Shown here: positions 1-9,560 of the stretch, in pieces
Position numbering within the stretch: the stretch's first letter is position 1
How the letters are laid out: every line of letters begins with the position of its first letter
Position numbers and translations under genes: made by a program
Source of the DNA: an uncultured Aminicenantes bacterium
GTDB lineage: Bacteria; Acidobacteriota; Aminicenantia; UBA2199
Reading direction: 5' to 3'
Assembly: GCA_965195285.1 (NCBI GenBank)
Contig: CBDAFS010000036.1
Span: 1 to 38,670 of the forward strand
Length of the DNA: 38,670 bases
The notes under the pieces: model-generated
The model's input: the letters and a program-made list of their open reading frames with translations, nothing else
What the model was told of the DNA's origin: nothing
Databases searched by the model: none

Positions 1-75
1 AAAAACATGGCAATGGTCATTAAACCAAATACTCCAACAAAAACTTTTTTCTTAGAATAAAAACTTTTCATTGTT

Positions 76-1146
76 TTACTTATTGTAGGCCCAGCCAAGT
101 GAGACAGAAATACCAAAATCATTTTTTTCAAAATCAATATCACCTCCCACAGGCGGATCGCTGTCATAGACATCAAAAAATGTTAATCCCCAGAAAAAGT
201 CTTTAAAAATCTCAATCTGTAATGAGCTGCGCAATTCGGCGCGATACCTACCCCAGGTGGTTATTCCGGGATAAACGGCCAGGCTGGTCGTTATATCCAC
301 CGTATTTCCTTCGTATTTAAACGTATCATAGGTAACTCCCAGGAGGATTTCAGCATTCCACCGAGAGGTTTCAAAACCGCTGTACTGCTCGTTGATACCG
401 ACCAACCCGGCAAAAAATGCCAGGTTTGTCTTGTTGGATTGAATAACCGTATAACCATAGGCTCCACCGGCCAAAAAACGATGATTCAATCCCATCTCAT
501 CATTCTGCCGAGCAGAGGCAAGCAGGATAAGACTTTTCCTTTCTTTGAGAAACCGGCGCAGCATCAGTTTCAGCGAATTCCGGGTGGTACTGTCAACAGC
601 TTCTTGATCCGAGAGAAATGAGTCAGCTTCTGCTTTAAACTCCTGTTTTTTTCCACGGGAGCTTATGCTACCGGCAAAGTTCCACTTGATATCCTGACTG
701 GCCTTGTTATAACTGAATCCCACACTCAAAGAGATTTTTAAACGTCTCAGAAATTTTTGTTCCATAGGGATTATTCTTATGACCGAGTCGATAGGCAAAC
801 TGTTCTTAGAATTTTGACTGGTCACCCTAATTTCTCCCTTTTCAGAGGATTTTTGCAGATAGCCGAAAAATTTCTGGCCGTTTTCGGTTTCCACCTCAAA
901 ACGGTTTTTGCTGAAAACAGCTGCTACTTTTGGCCATTCGATGAAAATGGTGCCCATATCATCGGTTGAGTACTTCAGTAATCCCCGGTCCATTTTTTTT
1001 ATTTCCCCGGTGATTTTATCTCCATTTTTCATAATCACGACATCGGTTTTCTGGGCCTGAATAAAACCCGCACCCATAACCACCATCAACAGATAAAGGA
1101 CTATTTTCTGAATACAATGATTAACAGATATAGATATTTTTTTCAT
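76..1146 (-). CDS. Outer-membrane beta-barrel protein, DUF481-like
   Basis: Signal-peptide-like N-terminus, a 'DVVIMKNGDKITGEI' N-terminal motif, alternating amphipathic strands and a C-terminal 'ISVSLGWAY' barrel-type strand. Confidence 0.7.
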   Translation of the reverse strand: MKKISISVNHCIQKIVLYLLMVVMGAGFIQAQKTDVVIMKNGDKITGEIKKMDRGLLKYSTDDMGTIFIEWPKVAAVFSKNRFEVETENGQKFFGYLQKSSEKGEIRVTSQNSKNSLPIDSVIRIIPMEQKFLRRLKISLSVGFSYNKASQDIKWNFAGSISSRGKKQEFKAEADSFLSDQEAVDSTTRNSLKLMLRRFLKERKSLILLASARQNDEMGLNHRFLAGGAYGYTVIQSNKTNLAFFAGLVGINEQYSGFETSRWNAEILLGVTYDTFKYEGNTVDITTSLAVYPGITTWGRYRAELRSSLQIEIFKDFFWGLTFFDVYDSDPPVGGDIDFEKNDFGISVSLGWAYNK

Positions 1147-1215
1147 TGCTTTAACTCCAATAGTAAAAATCCAATTTAAAACAAAATGGAAAAATTTTCA
1201 AGGGACTTCTGAAAT

Positions 1216-2550
1216 TTATCGTACCCGTTCCCGCTGACGTACCGCTTTTTCATACCCTCCCAGGCAAAACTGAATCCGGAATCCTTTTTCTCCAAAGCCA
1301 ATGTCAAAACGGGTAACACCAACTACAGGAACCAAAAAACGAATGCCCAACCCATAGCCGGCAATAAAATTTCTTCGAAATTCTTCAGAACCATTCCAGG
1401 CCGTGCCGGCATCCGCAAAAAATGCCAGCTGCAGTCCAACGGGTAAAGAAAATCCCAATATCCTAAAAAGTTTTGGCTCTCTGATTGTATAACGGTATTC
1501 AATTGTATTGATAAACTGGTTTTTTCCGGAACGGGCATTCACTTCCCAGCCCCGGATGGTATTACTGCCACCGATGGAAAAATCCTGCCAGGGAGCGATT
1601 TCATTCCCTACCTCACCGGTGGTCAGGGTGGTCAAGGAAAAAAGAGCCAGGGTCTGCCGTCTGGACAGTGAAACATATCGGCGAAAATCAAGGTTCACCC
1701 TCCAGAAATCACTATCCCCACCAAATAATCCGGTTCGGATTACCTCTAACTCATTCCACCATCCGTTCCGGGTATTGATTAAATCATCCCGGCTGTCATA
1801 TCCAATAAAAATGCCTGCGATATTAACCTGATCCGCATCATCATCAGATAGCGTATTACCCGGAAGATCGCTGATAATGGATTGATAGTTTAAACGCCCG
1901 CCTATCCGGATGTTCTTTCCGATGCGCACGGCAACCGTAAAGAACAATTCAGTGGCAGTTTCAAAAAAACCATCTGTCCTATTATCCCTCTCACTATAGC
2001 TGCTCTCCAGCCGGTAGGAAAAGAGAGTACGGGAAAATACAGGCTGATCCAGGATGAATTTGAAAGTGGATGCACCCCCGAAGGTTCCGAATACGGTGCT
2101 ATATATGGCCTGACCGAACAGGTTCAGCATCTTGACCCCTCCCCCGACCGCAATTCCGTTTTCATCGGTGATCTGAAATTTTAAGGTGGGCAGTATGGGC
2201 GAAGTTTCCACAACCTTTACCTGAAGTCTGATTCCTCCTTTGATTTCCTCGGGAAAGACTTCAAATGAGGTAAATATTCCCAACCGTTTCAGCTGTGATT
2301 GATCCAGAAGGGTATTCTCCTCCTTATAGATTGTCCCCACCTGGGAGGCCATTTCTCCTAAAATCACCTTTTCTTTTGTCTGCTTGTTGCCAATGATCCG
2401 GATCTCCCTGATCACTTTGCCAAAAAATATTTTTTCAGAGCCCCGGGGATTGGAACCCAATATCAAAACATTGAATAAAAAAAACAGAAACAGACAGACA
2501 AAAGATTTAAAATATTTTGTTCCTCCGCTCTGTCTTATTTCCAAACTCAT
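1216..2550 (-). CDS. BamA/TamA (Omp85) family outer-membrane protein with a single POTRA domain
   Basis: POTRA-like 'IREIRIIGNKQTKEKVI...LKRLGIF'; Omp85 motifs 'IGGSNTIRGW', 'FADAGTAW' and 'GYGLGIRF...RFDIGFG'. Confidence 0.85.
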   Translation of the reverse strand: MSLEIRQSGGTKYFKSFVCLFLFFLFNVLILGSNPRGSEKIFFGKVIREIRIIGNKQTKEKVILGEMASQVGTIYKEENTLLDQSQLKRLGIFTSFEVFPEEIKGGIRLQVKVVETSPILPTLKFQITDENGIAVGGGVKMLNLFGQAIYSTVFGTFGGASTFKFILDQPVFSRTLFSYRLESSYSERDNRTDGFFETATELFFTVAVRIGKNIRIGGRLNYQSIISDLPGNTLSDDDADQVNIAGIFIGYDSRDDLINTRNGWWNELEVIRTGLFGGDSDFWRVNLDFRRYVSLSRRQTLALFSLTTLTTGEVGNEIAPWQDFSIGGSNTIRGWEVNARSGKNQFINTIEYRYTIREPKLFRILGFSLPVGLQLAFFADAGTAWNGSEEFRRNFIAGYGLGIRFLVPVVGVTRFDIGFGEKGFRIQFCLGGYEKAVRQRERVR

Positions 2551-2604
2551 TTAGAAATATTACACTTTGTAACGCCGGTAAATCAGATTCAATCGAAAAG
2601 ATGA

Positions 2605-4716
2605 TCAGCGGCGCCGGCGGCTGCCGCTTCTGGAGCTACTGCGATAGTTCTGGGTTCGAGAATTTCCCCGCTGACGTGATTGAGATTGCCTGTTGAGGTT
2701 GGATCTCTGGGTTTTCTGGGCGGATGGATAAGAAGACCAGCCTTTTTTCGTTTTTTGCTGCCATTGATTCCCCTGGTTGCGATATACATTTCCCTTCTTG
2801 TTTGAATAAACATTGTTGGGATAACGCTTGGGTGTCATCTGTTTTCCAGGTGATTTGGGTCTGTATGGTGATACTTTTGGTGTTCTAACCCCTGGCCTGG
2901 GTTTATGATAAACCGTAGGGTATCGACCCCTTCCGCGGTAGGGAGAGATCCTGGGATATCCCGGCCGGTATCCTCTCCGGTAATGAGCGGCACGATAACC
3001 TCTCCAGAAACCATGATGAAATCCCGCCCGGTAACCATACCGGTAAGGCATCGGACCCCACCAGGGTCCAAATCCGACTCCCCAGCCCGCTCTGAACCAG
3101 CCAAAACCGTAGCCGGCGTGAAAACCCCAGCCGGTCCAGGGATTCCAGTGTACGCCAAAACCCCAGGTTACCATACGGGGATAATAGTAGGGCCCCCACC
3201 AGGGAGAGTACATCCATCCGGTGCCGTAAACAACACAACCATTGTAAATATAGGAACCAGAATAACCCGGAGTATATCCCACATGCACCACTTTCGGGGT
3301 GTAATCATAAACATATACATACTTCACATTGTAGTGGGGATTACTGGGGGGGATTTTTTGAATCTCAGGAGGAACCTTGACACATACCGAATAAGGCCCA
3401 TTGGGGCTGTTGGCCTCATACCAGACCGCATCTTCGCAACCGTAATAACGGTTTTTTATTTTAAATACCGCACTCTGGGTATTAACCGCATAGGCCATGT
3501 CAACGCCCTTTATATTTTCAAATTTCGGACTGCCATCGTATTTCACTTTCAGGCCGGCTTTATTCCGGTCCACCTCGGCTGTCTTGGGAATGGCATTTTC
3601 CAGCAGAGATTCTTTGGCCTGCTGGGTCCCGGCCACATGGGCCAAAATATTCCCCATGTCCGATTCAGGGGGGATTTTGGCAAAATCAGCAGAAATCTTG
3701 TCGGGAGATATGTGGTTCCATTTGTTGCTTAAAAGAGATGGTGATGTATACCAGCGGCCGGATATTAATATATAGTATTTCTGGGATTTGATATCCATCA
3801 GAATATCATTCTCAGTATTGGTGACATATAGAAGCTGTGTACCCTGAATGGGCGCCAGTTTTGGTTTACCATCGGTCAGGATTAATTCAACCGGTTTAGT
3901 GCTAATAATGATTTTGGGAACCACCGTACTCTTGGTTTTGGAAATTTCCCCTTTTTGTTCTTTTTCAAGGTCTTCCTGCTGTTTTTTTCGTTGTTCCTCC
4001 ATTTTTTCAGCCAGTTTAGCCACTTGAGAGGGAATCCTGGTGGTCTGTTGCCAGGGGCCCAGGACCTTCTGGGAGGCAAACCAGTATGCACCACCCTTCA
4101 GATAATATTTTTTTTGAGAAGGATCAAGGACAATAAAATAAGGGGTGTTCAATACATACTGCAGAGAAGTGTTTTCGATCTTTTTTAATTTTGGCTCACC
4201 ATCAATGAGAACCAAAACCGAGGGCTCGGTAGCCAATATGATTTTTGGGTGGACGTGCTTTAAACCCTGATCCACGGCCTTGACCTCTTGAACCAATTCC
4301 ATAGCCGCCAGTAAGCGGTCAAGAGACAGCCGCAAATCCCACTTGGGAATTTCTTTCTCCAGAAAACTGATTAATTTTTCCTCATGTTCCTTTTTGGCAT
4401 TGGGAAACTTAACCGCAGTTACCCTTACACTCTCCAGGCTAACCATACGTGTAGAAAAATCGGTCTTGACTCTGGCCCTAATCCAGATAGCACCAAACAC
4501 CGGTTCGCTTTTTTCCTTCATAGTAACCGATACCGCTGTTCTGGCTTCAAGTATATTTCTATCAAACTTTTCCAACTGTGGCTGGTATACAATCACTTTG
4601 GCATTCGGCGCTTCTATTTCCCGGGGCCAATCCTGGGAAATTCCTGGTGTAGCAAGCCATATCAACAAACCTGCAAATAAAAGGCAACATGTTAATGGTT
4701 TTTTTCTTAATAACAA
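2605..4716 (-). CDS. Secreted hypothetical protein with a G/W/Y/P-rich segment and an R/S/Q-rich basic tail
   Basis: TTG start preceded by AAGGAGG (complement of cctcctt at ~4722-4728), signal peptide, 'WPREI...VYQPQ' N-domain and low-complexity C-terminus. Confidence 0.75.
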   Translation of the reverse strand: MLLRKKPLTCCLLFAGLLIWLATPGISQDWPREIEAPNAKVIVYQPQLEKFDRNILEARTAVSVTMKEKSEPVFGAIWIRARVKTDFSTRMVSLESVRVTAVKFPNAKKEHEEKLISFLEKEIPKWDLRLSLDRLLAAMELVQEVKAVDQGLKHVHPKIILATEPSVLVLIDGEPKLKKIENTSLQYVLNTPYFIVLDPSQKKYYLKGGAYWFASQKVLGPWQQTTRIPSQVAKLAEKMEEQRKKQQEDLEKEQKGEISKTKSTVVPKIIISTKPVELILTDGKPKLAPIQGTQLLYVTNTENDILMDIKSQKYYILISGRWYTSPSLLSNKWNHISPDKISADFAKIPPESDMGNILAHVAGTQQAKESLLENAIPKTAEVDRNKAGLKVKYDGSPKFENIKGVDMAYAVNTQSAVFKIKNRYYGCEDAVWYEANSPNGPYSVCVKVPPEIQKIPPSNPHYNVKYVYVYDYTPKVVHVGYTPGYSGSYIYNGCVVYGTGWMYSPWWGPYYYPRMVTWGFGVHWNPWTGWGFHAGYGFGWFRAGWGVGFGPWWGPMPYRYGYRAGFHHGFWRGYRAAHYRRGYRPGYPRISPYRGRGRYPTVYHKPRPGVRTPKVSPYRPKSPGKQMTPKRYPNNVYSNKKGNVYRNQGNQWQQKTKKGWSSYPSAQKTQRSNLNRQSQSRQRGNSRTQNYRSSSRSGSRRRR

Positions 4717-4782
4717 TTTGTCCTCCTTATTATTATAATTCTATAAGTTTTTAATTCTAAATTAAATATGGAATAAAATCAA

Positions 4783-4800
4783 ATTGGACTTTGGTCTAAT
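4783..4800. promoter_or_regulatory. Palindromic putative transcription-factor site ATTGGAC-TTTG-GTCTAAT
   Basis: 7-4-7 inverted repeat with one mismatch, about 67 nt upstream of the 4716 start; related copies at 7014-7031 and (half-site) 6302-6319. Confidence 0.5.
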
Positions 4801-4815
4801 AGAAAAAGTAAATAC

Positions 4816-6198
4816 TTAAAAAGAAAAACCCAGCACCACCATAATACTGGAATAATTAAATTGCACATTATCTATAATGGCCAGCAATTCTTCATCCAGA
4901 CGGTCTCTGATCTGATCCAGGACCAATTCTCTCTTGTTGGTTCCGTAGGAGTATCCAATGCCCAGAGTGATGTTATACTTACTGATACTGAAAATGGCAC
5001 CCGCCATAAAATGAAAAAGATCCCAGTTGGTAATGGTCAGATTGGTTTCACTTACAAGCGATTCCGCTGAGTAATCAGTCCTGAAGCTGGCATAAGCTGC
5101 AAAACGCTTGCCAAAAACATGCTCAATTCCAATGGCAAAATTGAGCACACTATCCACCTCATGGGTTAACGAAAAATCAATCTCTTCGCCACTGGTTTGA
5201 GAATAACTGGTTTCCAGGTCCAAAACATCAAATGTCTTAATAGCCGAATACCACTCTGCACTGAAATACAGCCGGGTCCTTTTCAATTTATAGGTGAAGC
5301 CGAATCCAATCGAGAATGGAGTTGGAAAATGGGAATTCACATCCTGTTGATAGTCAGCAGCCATTTCAGCTTCTCCATTATCAACCTCACCCGGATATTG
5401 ACCGATGGCAGTATTATTATACCCGGCAGTGCCGGTTCCAAATAGCTTGATACTGGGGGTGGTCAGGGTGAATCCCAGGGTCCATTTACTGAAATCAAAG
5501 GCCAAACCCAGCTTCCAGAGAGTTCGGACGTTTAAATACTCGTATTCACCAGAATTCAAGTTAAAGATCATGTCCGTCTGGTCCGGAAGAATCTCTGCAA
5601 CCAATTGGTATTGGGCCTCATGACTGCGATACATAAGATACTGGCTGATACCAACACCAATATTATCCGCAATCTTGTATGCCCAGGTCAATCCAGCCCA
5701 GGTTTCAGACAGGGTTTCATTCAATACAACCCTGGCAAAAACCTCCTCATTTCCGGGAAGTTCTTTTAAAAGGTCAAAAGAATTCACAACGGTCCCGACA
5801 ATATCCAGTTCGACCGAATGACGGGTAAAATATGAATAAGCCAGTATGTACTTCTGCTTGGTTTTCACATTGAGTATCCCGGCCACCATTGATGGCGCGG
5901 GCCTTATGATAGACTCGCTCAATTCGACGTCGGATTCATTCAGATTTTTCATTGAGTATGTCGGATATTGATAAGCCAGGTTAGCCATTAGAACATCGGG
6001 ATCATCCATTAAAGCGAGCCCTCCCGGATTGTAAAAGGTTCCACTGAGGTCCAGAACACCACCGATTACCGATCCACCCAGCAAAGTGGATTTGGTGCCG
6101 TACTGATAGGTCCAGTAATTGGTGTCCTGGGCCAGGGAAAAACGGATTCCAATCACACCAATAAAAAAAACAAAAAGTAAAATTCTGAATCTACACAT
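4816..6198 (-). CDS. OmpP1/FadL-like outer-membrane transporter
   Basis: Signal peptide, 'LLGGSVIG...GTFYNPGGLA' (FadL-type NPA-like motif), amphipathic strands and a terminal Phe (LGFSF). Confidence 0.7.
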   Translation of the reverse strand: MCRFRILLFVFFIGVIGIRFSLAQDTNYWTYQYGTKSTLLGGSVIGGVLDLSGTFYNPGGLALMDDPDVLMANLAYQYPTYSMKNLNESDVELSESIIRPAPSMVAGILNVKTKQKYILAYSYFTRHSVELDIVGTVVNSFDLLKELPGNEEVFARVVLNETLSETWAGLTWAYKIADNIGVGISQYLMYRSHEAQYQLVAEILPDQTDMIFNLNSGEYEYLNVRTLWKLGLAFDFSKWTLGFTLTTPSIKLFGTGTAGYNNTAIGQYPGEVDNGEAEMAADYQQDVNSHFPTPFSIGFGFTYKLKRTRLYFSAEWYSAIKTFDVLDLETSYSQTSGEEIDFSLTHEVDSVLNFAIGIEHVFGKRFAAYASFRTDYSAESLVSETNLTITNWDLFHFMAGAIFSISKYNITLGIGYSYGTNKRELVLDQIRDRLDEELLAIIDNVQFNYSSIMVVLGFSF

Positions 6199-6356
6199 GT
6201 TTTTTCGCTCTCATCTTTTGCATCCAAATAGAGATTCGCATTTGTTTATATCGGATTTAAGAATTCCAATTTCAGAATACAATCAAATAAAAAAAAAATC
6301 AATACAACTTTAGTCCAACGGTTTTAGAACGGGCTCAAAAATCGATTTGCTTCGAT

Positions 6357-6896
6357 TTATTTAAAGCGGGGAAATTCTTTCAAAATTTTTGATACGGCTT
6401 CCTGTATAACTGGCTCCAATTCATCAGGAATCAAATCGGGTTCCAATACCTTCTGGGCCACTCCCCGCCAGATCAACTTTTTATCCCCTGCTTTTATAAC
6501 ATCAATAATCAGAGTACTGCCCTCAAAGGCATAGGCATCGATGATCTCCCCCCAATAATCCGACTCTCTCCAGTAGGCTTCGCGGTTGGCATAGTCATAG
6601 CCCCAGTCGGTTATGTTTAAACGGCCCTGTACATAAGTATGCACTGCAATTAAAAGTTTAGGATCCTCCTGAACTTTTAAATACCCCTTGTCTTCCAGAT
6701 TACGGGATATTTCATTTTTCAGAATTTCCATAACTATAGGACTTACCGTAACCGTAGCCGGTATCTTCAGGAAATCAAAACTCTTATACTCAGAAAAATC
6801 CTCCTTCAGGTTGTAATCGTATTTGACCTTCATCGTGGAACAGTTCACCATGAAGAGGAAACCAATCAAAACCATCAAAACAAGAAACTTTCTCAT
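6357..6896 (-). CDS. DUF4136-like lipoprotein
   Basis: Lipobox-like 'MVNC', 'DYNLKEDFSEYKSF', 'TLIIDVI...LIWRG' and 'AVSKILKEFP'. Confidence 0.8.
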   Translation of the reverse strand: MRKFLVLMVLIGFLFMVNCSTMKVKYDYNLKEDFSEYKSFDFLKIPATVTVSPIVMEILKNEISRNLEDKGYLKVQEDPKLLIAVHTYVQGRLNITDWGYDYANREAYWRESDYWGEIIDAYAFEGSTLIIDVIKAGDKKLIWRGVAQKVLEPDLIPDELEPVIQEAVSKILKEFPRFK

Positions 6897-7013
6897 TCTA
6901 CACCTCTCTCATTTATTTTATTTTAGCCCAAAATGCCAGATTAACAAAGATTCCACTTTATAAAATATATTTTCCTTACTTACTTTATACTGTATTTCTC
7001 CATATTTTGTTTA

Positions 7014-7031
7014 GCTGGACTTTGGTCCAAT
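7014..7031. promoter_or_regulatory. Palindromic putative transcription-factor site GCTGGAC-TTTG-GTCCAAT
   Basis: Perfect TGGAC-N4-GTCCA core, same core as 4783-4800, in the divergent intergenic region 6897-7208. Confidence 0.5.
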
Positions 7032-7121
7032 GGGATCATTCCAAAATCAATTGTGACGACAGGGATTTTGGTTATCTATTGTTTTCTAAATCAAAACCGG
7101 GGAATTCCTGTCCGGGTTACC

Positions 7122-7150
7122 TTGACTTTGATTTCCCTTTTTGTTATTAA
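7122..7150 (+). promoter_or_regulatory. Possible sigma70-type promoter for the NACHT operon
   Basis: TTGACT (7122-7127), 17-nt spacer containing a TG, then TATTAA (7145-7150). The -10 is imperfect. Confidence 0.3.
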
Positions 7151-7208
7151 ATCCTTTAGAAGCTCATTCACCAAACCAGAGAAACCATGAAAAATCAGGA
7201 GAGAATAA

Positions 7209-9560
7209 ATGGCTTTAGCCAGTAAAACATTTCGCATTTTTGTCAGCTCCACTTTCAGCGACATGAAAGGGGAGAGAAACGCGTTGCAAAAGAATGTCTT
7301 TCCGAGATTGCGGGAACTCTGCCTGCAGCACGGAACTCGCTTTCAGGCCATTGATTTGCGCTGGGGGGTCAGGGAAGAGGCTGCCCTTGACCAGCAGACC
7401 ATGAAAATCTGCCTGAATGAAGTCGACCGCTGCCAGAAAACCTCTCCCCGCCCCAATTTTATCGTGCTTTTAGGAAACCGCTACGGCTGGCATCCACTGC
7501 CCGCTGAAATCCCGGCACTGGAGTTTGAAGAGATCGAGAAAAAAGTAAAAGATGATGATAAAAAGACTTTGCTGAATACCTGGTACCAGAGAGACGATAA
7601 TCAGGTGCCGCCAGTATACTGTTTAAAACCCCGGGAGATCAAAACCAAACCAGGAGCTATTGATACTGAAAAGGAAAACGCCAGGGAAGCAGAAGCCGAT
7701 GAGTGGATTACCATTGAAAATGAACTCCGGCAGATCCTTGTTTCAGCCATTGAGGATATGTCATTAAATGAGGAACAAAAATTAAAGTATATTGCGTCGG
7801 CCACTGAACAGGAAATTTTTTCCGGAGCCATGCAGGTGGAAGATGCCCCGGAACATGTTTTTTGTTTTTTCCGGAACATAAAAAATCTTCCCCGAAACAA
7901 CAGTGCCCGGGACTTTATCGATATGGATGAGTCCGGGAGCATTGACAATGAGGCTCAGGCTAAATTAAATAAATTAAAACAAAATCTTCAAGCCGCACTG
8001 CCTGAAAACATCTCCGGGTATGAAGCAAGTTGGGCAGAAAACCAGATTACAACCAGTCACCTGGAAAAGCTGTGTGATGATGTTTACAACAATCTATCAG
8101 GTATTATTCTGAAAGAGATATCCCGGCTGGAAGAGATCGATGTTTTAGAAAAGGAGATCGATGACCATGTTGCCTTTGGCATTGACCGGGCCGGATTTTT
8201 TATCGGCCGGACCAAAATGCTTCAACACATTGAAGAATATGCCAAAAAACCAAGCAATGCACCTCTGGTGGTATTTGGTAACCCCGGTTCCGGTAAATCG
8301 GCCTTAATGGCCAAAGCCTTTGAGCAGGCCCAGGAAAATTTACCCCGGGGGGGTAACACCATCCGTTTTATCGGGGCCACACCCGGCTCATCGGATATCC
8401 GGACTCTGCTGGACAGTCTCTGCCGGCAGATTTCCCGGATCTATGGGGCGGATGAATCCGATATCCCAACCGATTACAAGGAACTGGTAGAGGATTTTCC
8501 CAAACGACTGGCCCTGGCAACCAAAGATAAACCCCTGATCATCTTCCTGGATGCCCTGGATCAGTTGTCCGATGCCCACAATGCCAGGAATTTAATCTGG
8601 CTCCCTTCGGAATTGCCCGAGCATGTTCATGTGGTGGTATCCCTGTTACCGGGCGATCCCCTGGAAACCATGAAAAACAAATTGAACCCGGAAAACATAA
8701 TTGAGCTGGGCCCCATGCCCGCTGACGAGGGAGAAAACCTCCTGAATCTCTGGCTGGAGGATGCCGGGCGCACCCTGCAAAAAACCCAGCAAGAGGACAT
8801 GGTGGGGAAATTCAGGCAAAACGGCCTGCCCCTCTATCTGAAACTGGCTTTTGAATACGCCCGGCAGTGGCACTCCTATACCGAAGACTTTGAATTAAGC
8901 TCGGACATTTCCGGACTCATTCAGGGCCTTTTCACCCGGCTTTCCGATGATGCCAATCACGGAGAAACAATGGTCTCCCGCAGCCTGGGGTATATTGCTG
9001 CTGCCAAGAACGGCTTATCTGAGGATGAATTGTTGGATTTGCTTTCCACAGACAGAGAAATCATGGAGGACTTTCTGAGACGATCGCCCAAATCACCGAA
9101 AGTTGATCATTTACCGGTTGTTATCTGGTCCCGTTTGTATTTTGACCTGGAGCCCTACCTGATCGAACGCAGCGCCGACAATACCTCTTTGATGACCTTT
9201 TACCACCCCACCACCATTGGCAAAGAAGTGAAGAAAGCCTTTTTGTCAGGGGAGACAAGATTAGCCCGGCACCGGCATCTGTCCCAATACTTTGGAGAAC
9301 AATCCCTCTTTGTAGAAAAAGGGGAGGAAAAAACCGCCAACCTCCGGAAAATCTCGGAACTCCCCTATCAGCAAACCAGCGGTCAATTGTGGGAGGAAAT
9401 CTATGAGACATTGACCGATTTTGAATTCCTGGAAGCCAAGTGCACCTACTCCTCGGTAACCGCCGTCGGCCAGGGAGAAGAAGCCAGAAACGTCTACGGC
9501 GGGGTCTACGAACTCATGGAAGACTACCGCACCGCCTTAGACAAATTCCCCCATGAATAA
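7209..9560 (+). CDS. DUF4062-NACHT STAND NTPase (NWD1/TEP1-like) lacking a C-terminal WD40 sensor
   Basis: DUF4062 motifs 'FVSSTFSDMKGER', 'DLRWGV', 'LLGNRYGW', 'SATEQEI'; Walker A GNPGSGKS; Walker B 'IIFLDALDQL'; 'GLPLYL'; 'GLSEDEL'; ends 'FLEAKC...YELMEDY'. AGGAG Shine-Dalgarno (SD) upstream. Confidence 0.9.
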   Translation: MALASKTFRIFVSSTFSDMKGERNALQKNVFPRLRELCLQHGTRFQAIDLRWGVREEAALDQQTMKICLNEVDRCQKTSPRPNFIVLLGNRYGWHPLPAEIPALEFEEIEKKVKDDDKKTLLNTWYQRDDNQVPPVYCLKPREIKTKPGAIDTEKENAREAEADEWITIENELRQILVSAIEDMSLNEEQKLKYIASATEQEIFSGAMQVEDAPEHVFCFFRNIKNLPRNNSARDFIDMDESGSIDNEAQAKLNKLKQNLQAALPENISGYEASWAENQITTSHLEKLCDDVYNNLSGIILKEISRLEEIDVLEKEIDDHVAFGIDRAGFFIGRTKMLQHIEEYAKKPSNAPLVVFGNPGSGKSALMAKAFEQAQENLPRGGNTIRFIGATPGSSDIRTLLDSLCRQISRIYGADESDIPTDYKELVEDFPKRLALATKDKPLIIFLDALDQLSDAHNARNLIWLPSELPEHVHVVVSLLPGDPLETMKNKLNPENIIELGPMPADEGENLLNLWLEDAGRTLQKTQQEDMVGKFRQNGLPLYLKLAFEYARQWHSYTEDFELSSDISGLIQGLFTRLSDDANHGETMVSRSLGYIAAAKNGLSEDELLDLLSTDREIMEDFLRRSPKSPKVDHLPVVIWSRLYFDLEPYLIERSADNTSLMTFYHPTTIGKEVKKAFLSGETRLARHRHLSQYFGEQSLFVEKGEEKTANLRKISELPYQQTSGQLWEEIYETLTDFEFLEAKCTYSSVTAVGQGEEARNVYGGVYELMEDYRTALDKFPHE

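Noticed and set aside
2589-3775. Several overlapping alternative ORFs, including the 275-aa plus-strand ORF at 2905-3732
   Set aside because: They are shadows of the GC-rich low-complexity part of the 703-aa gene and have no recognisable motifs.
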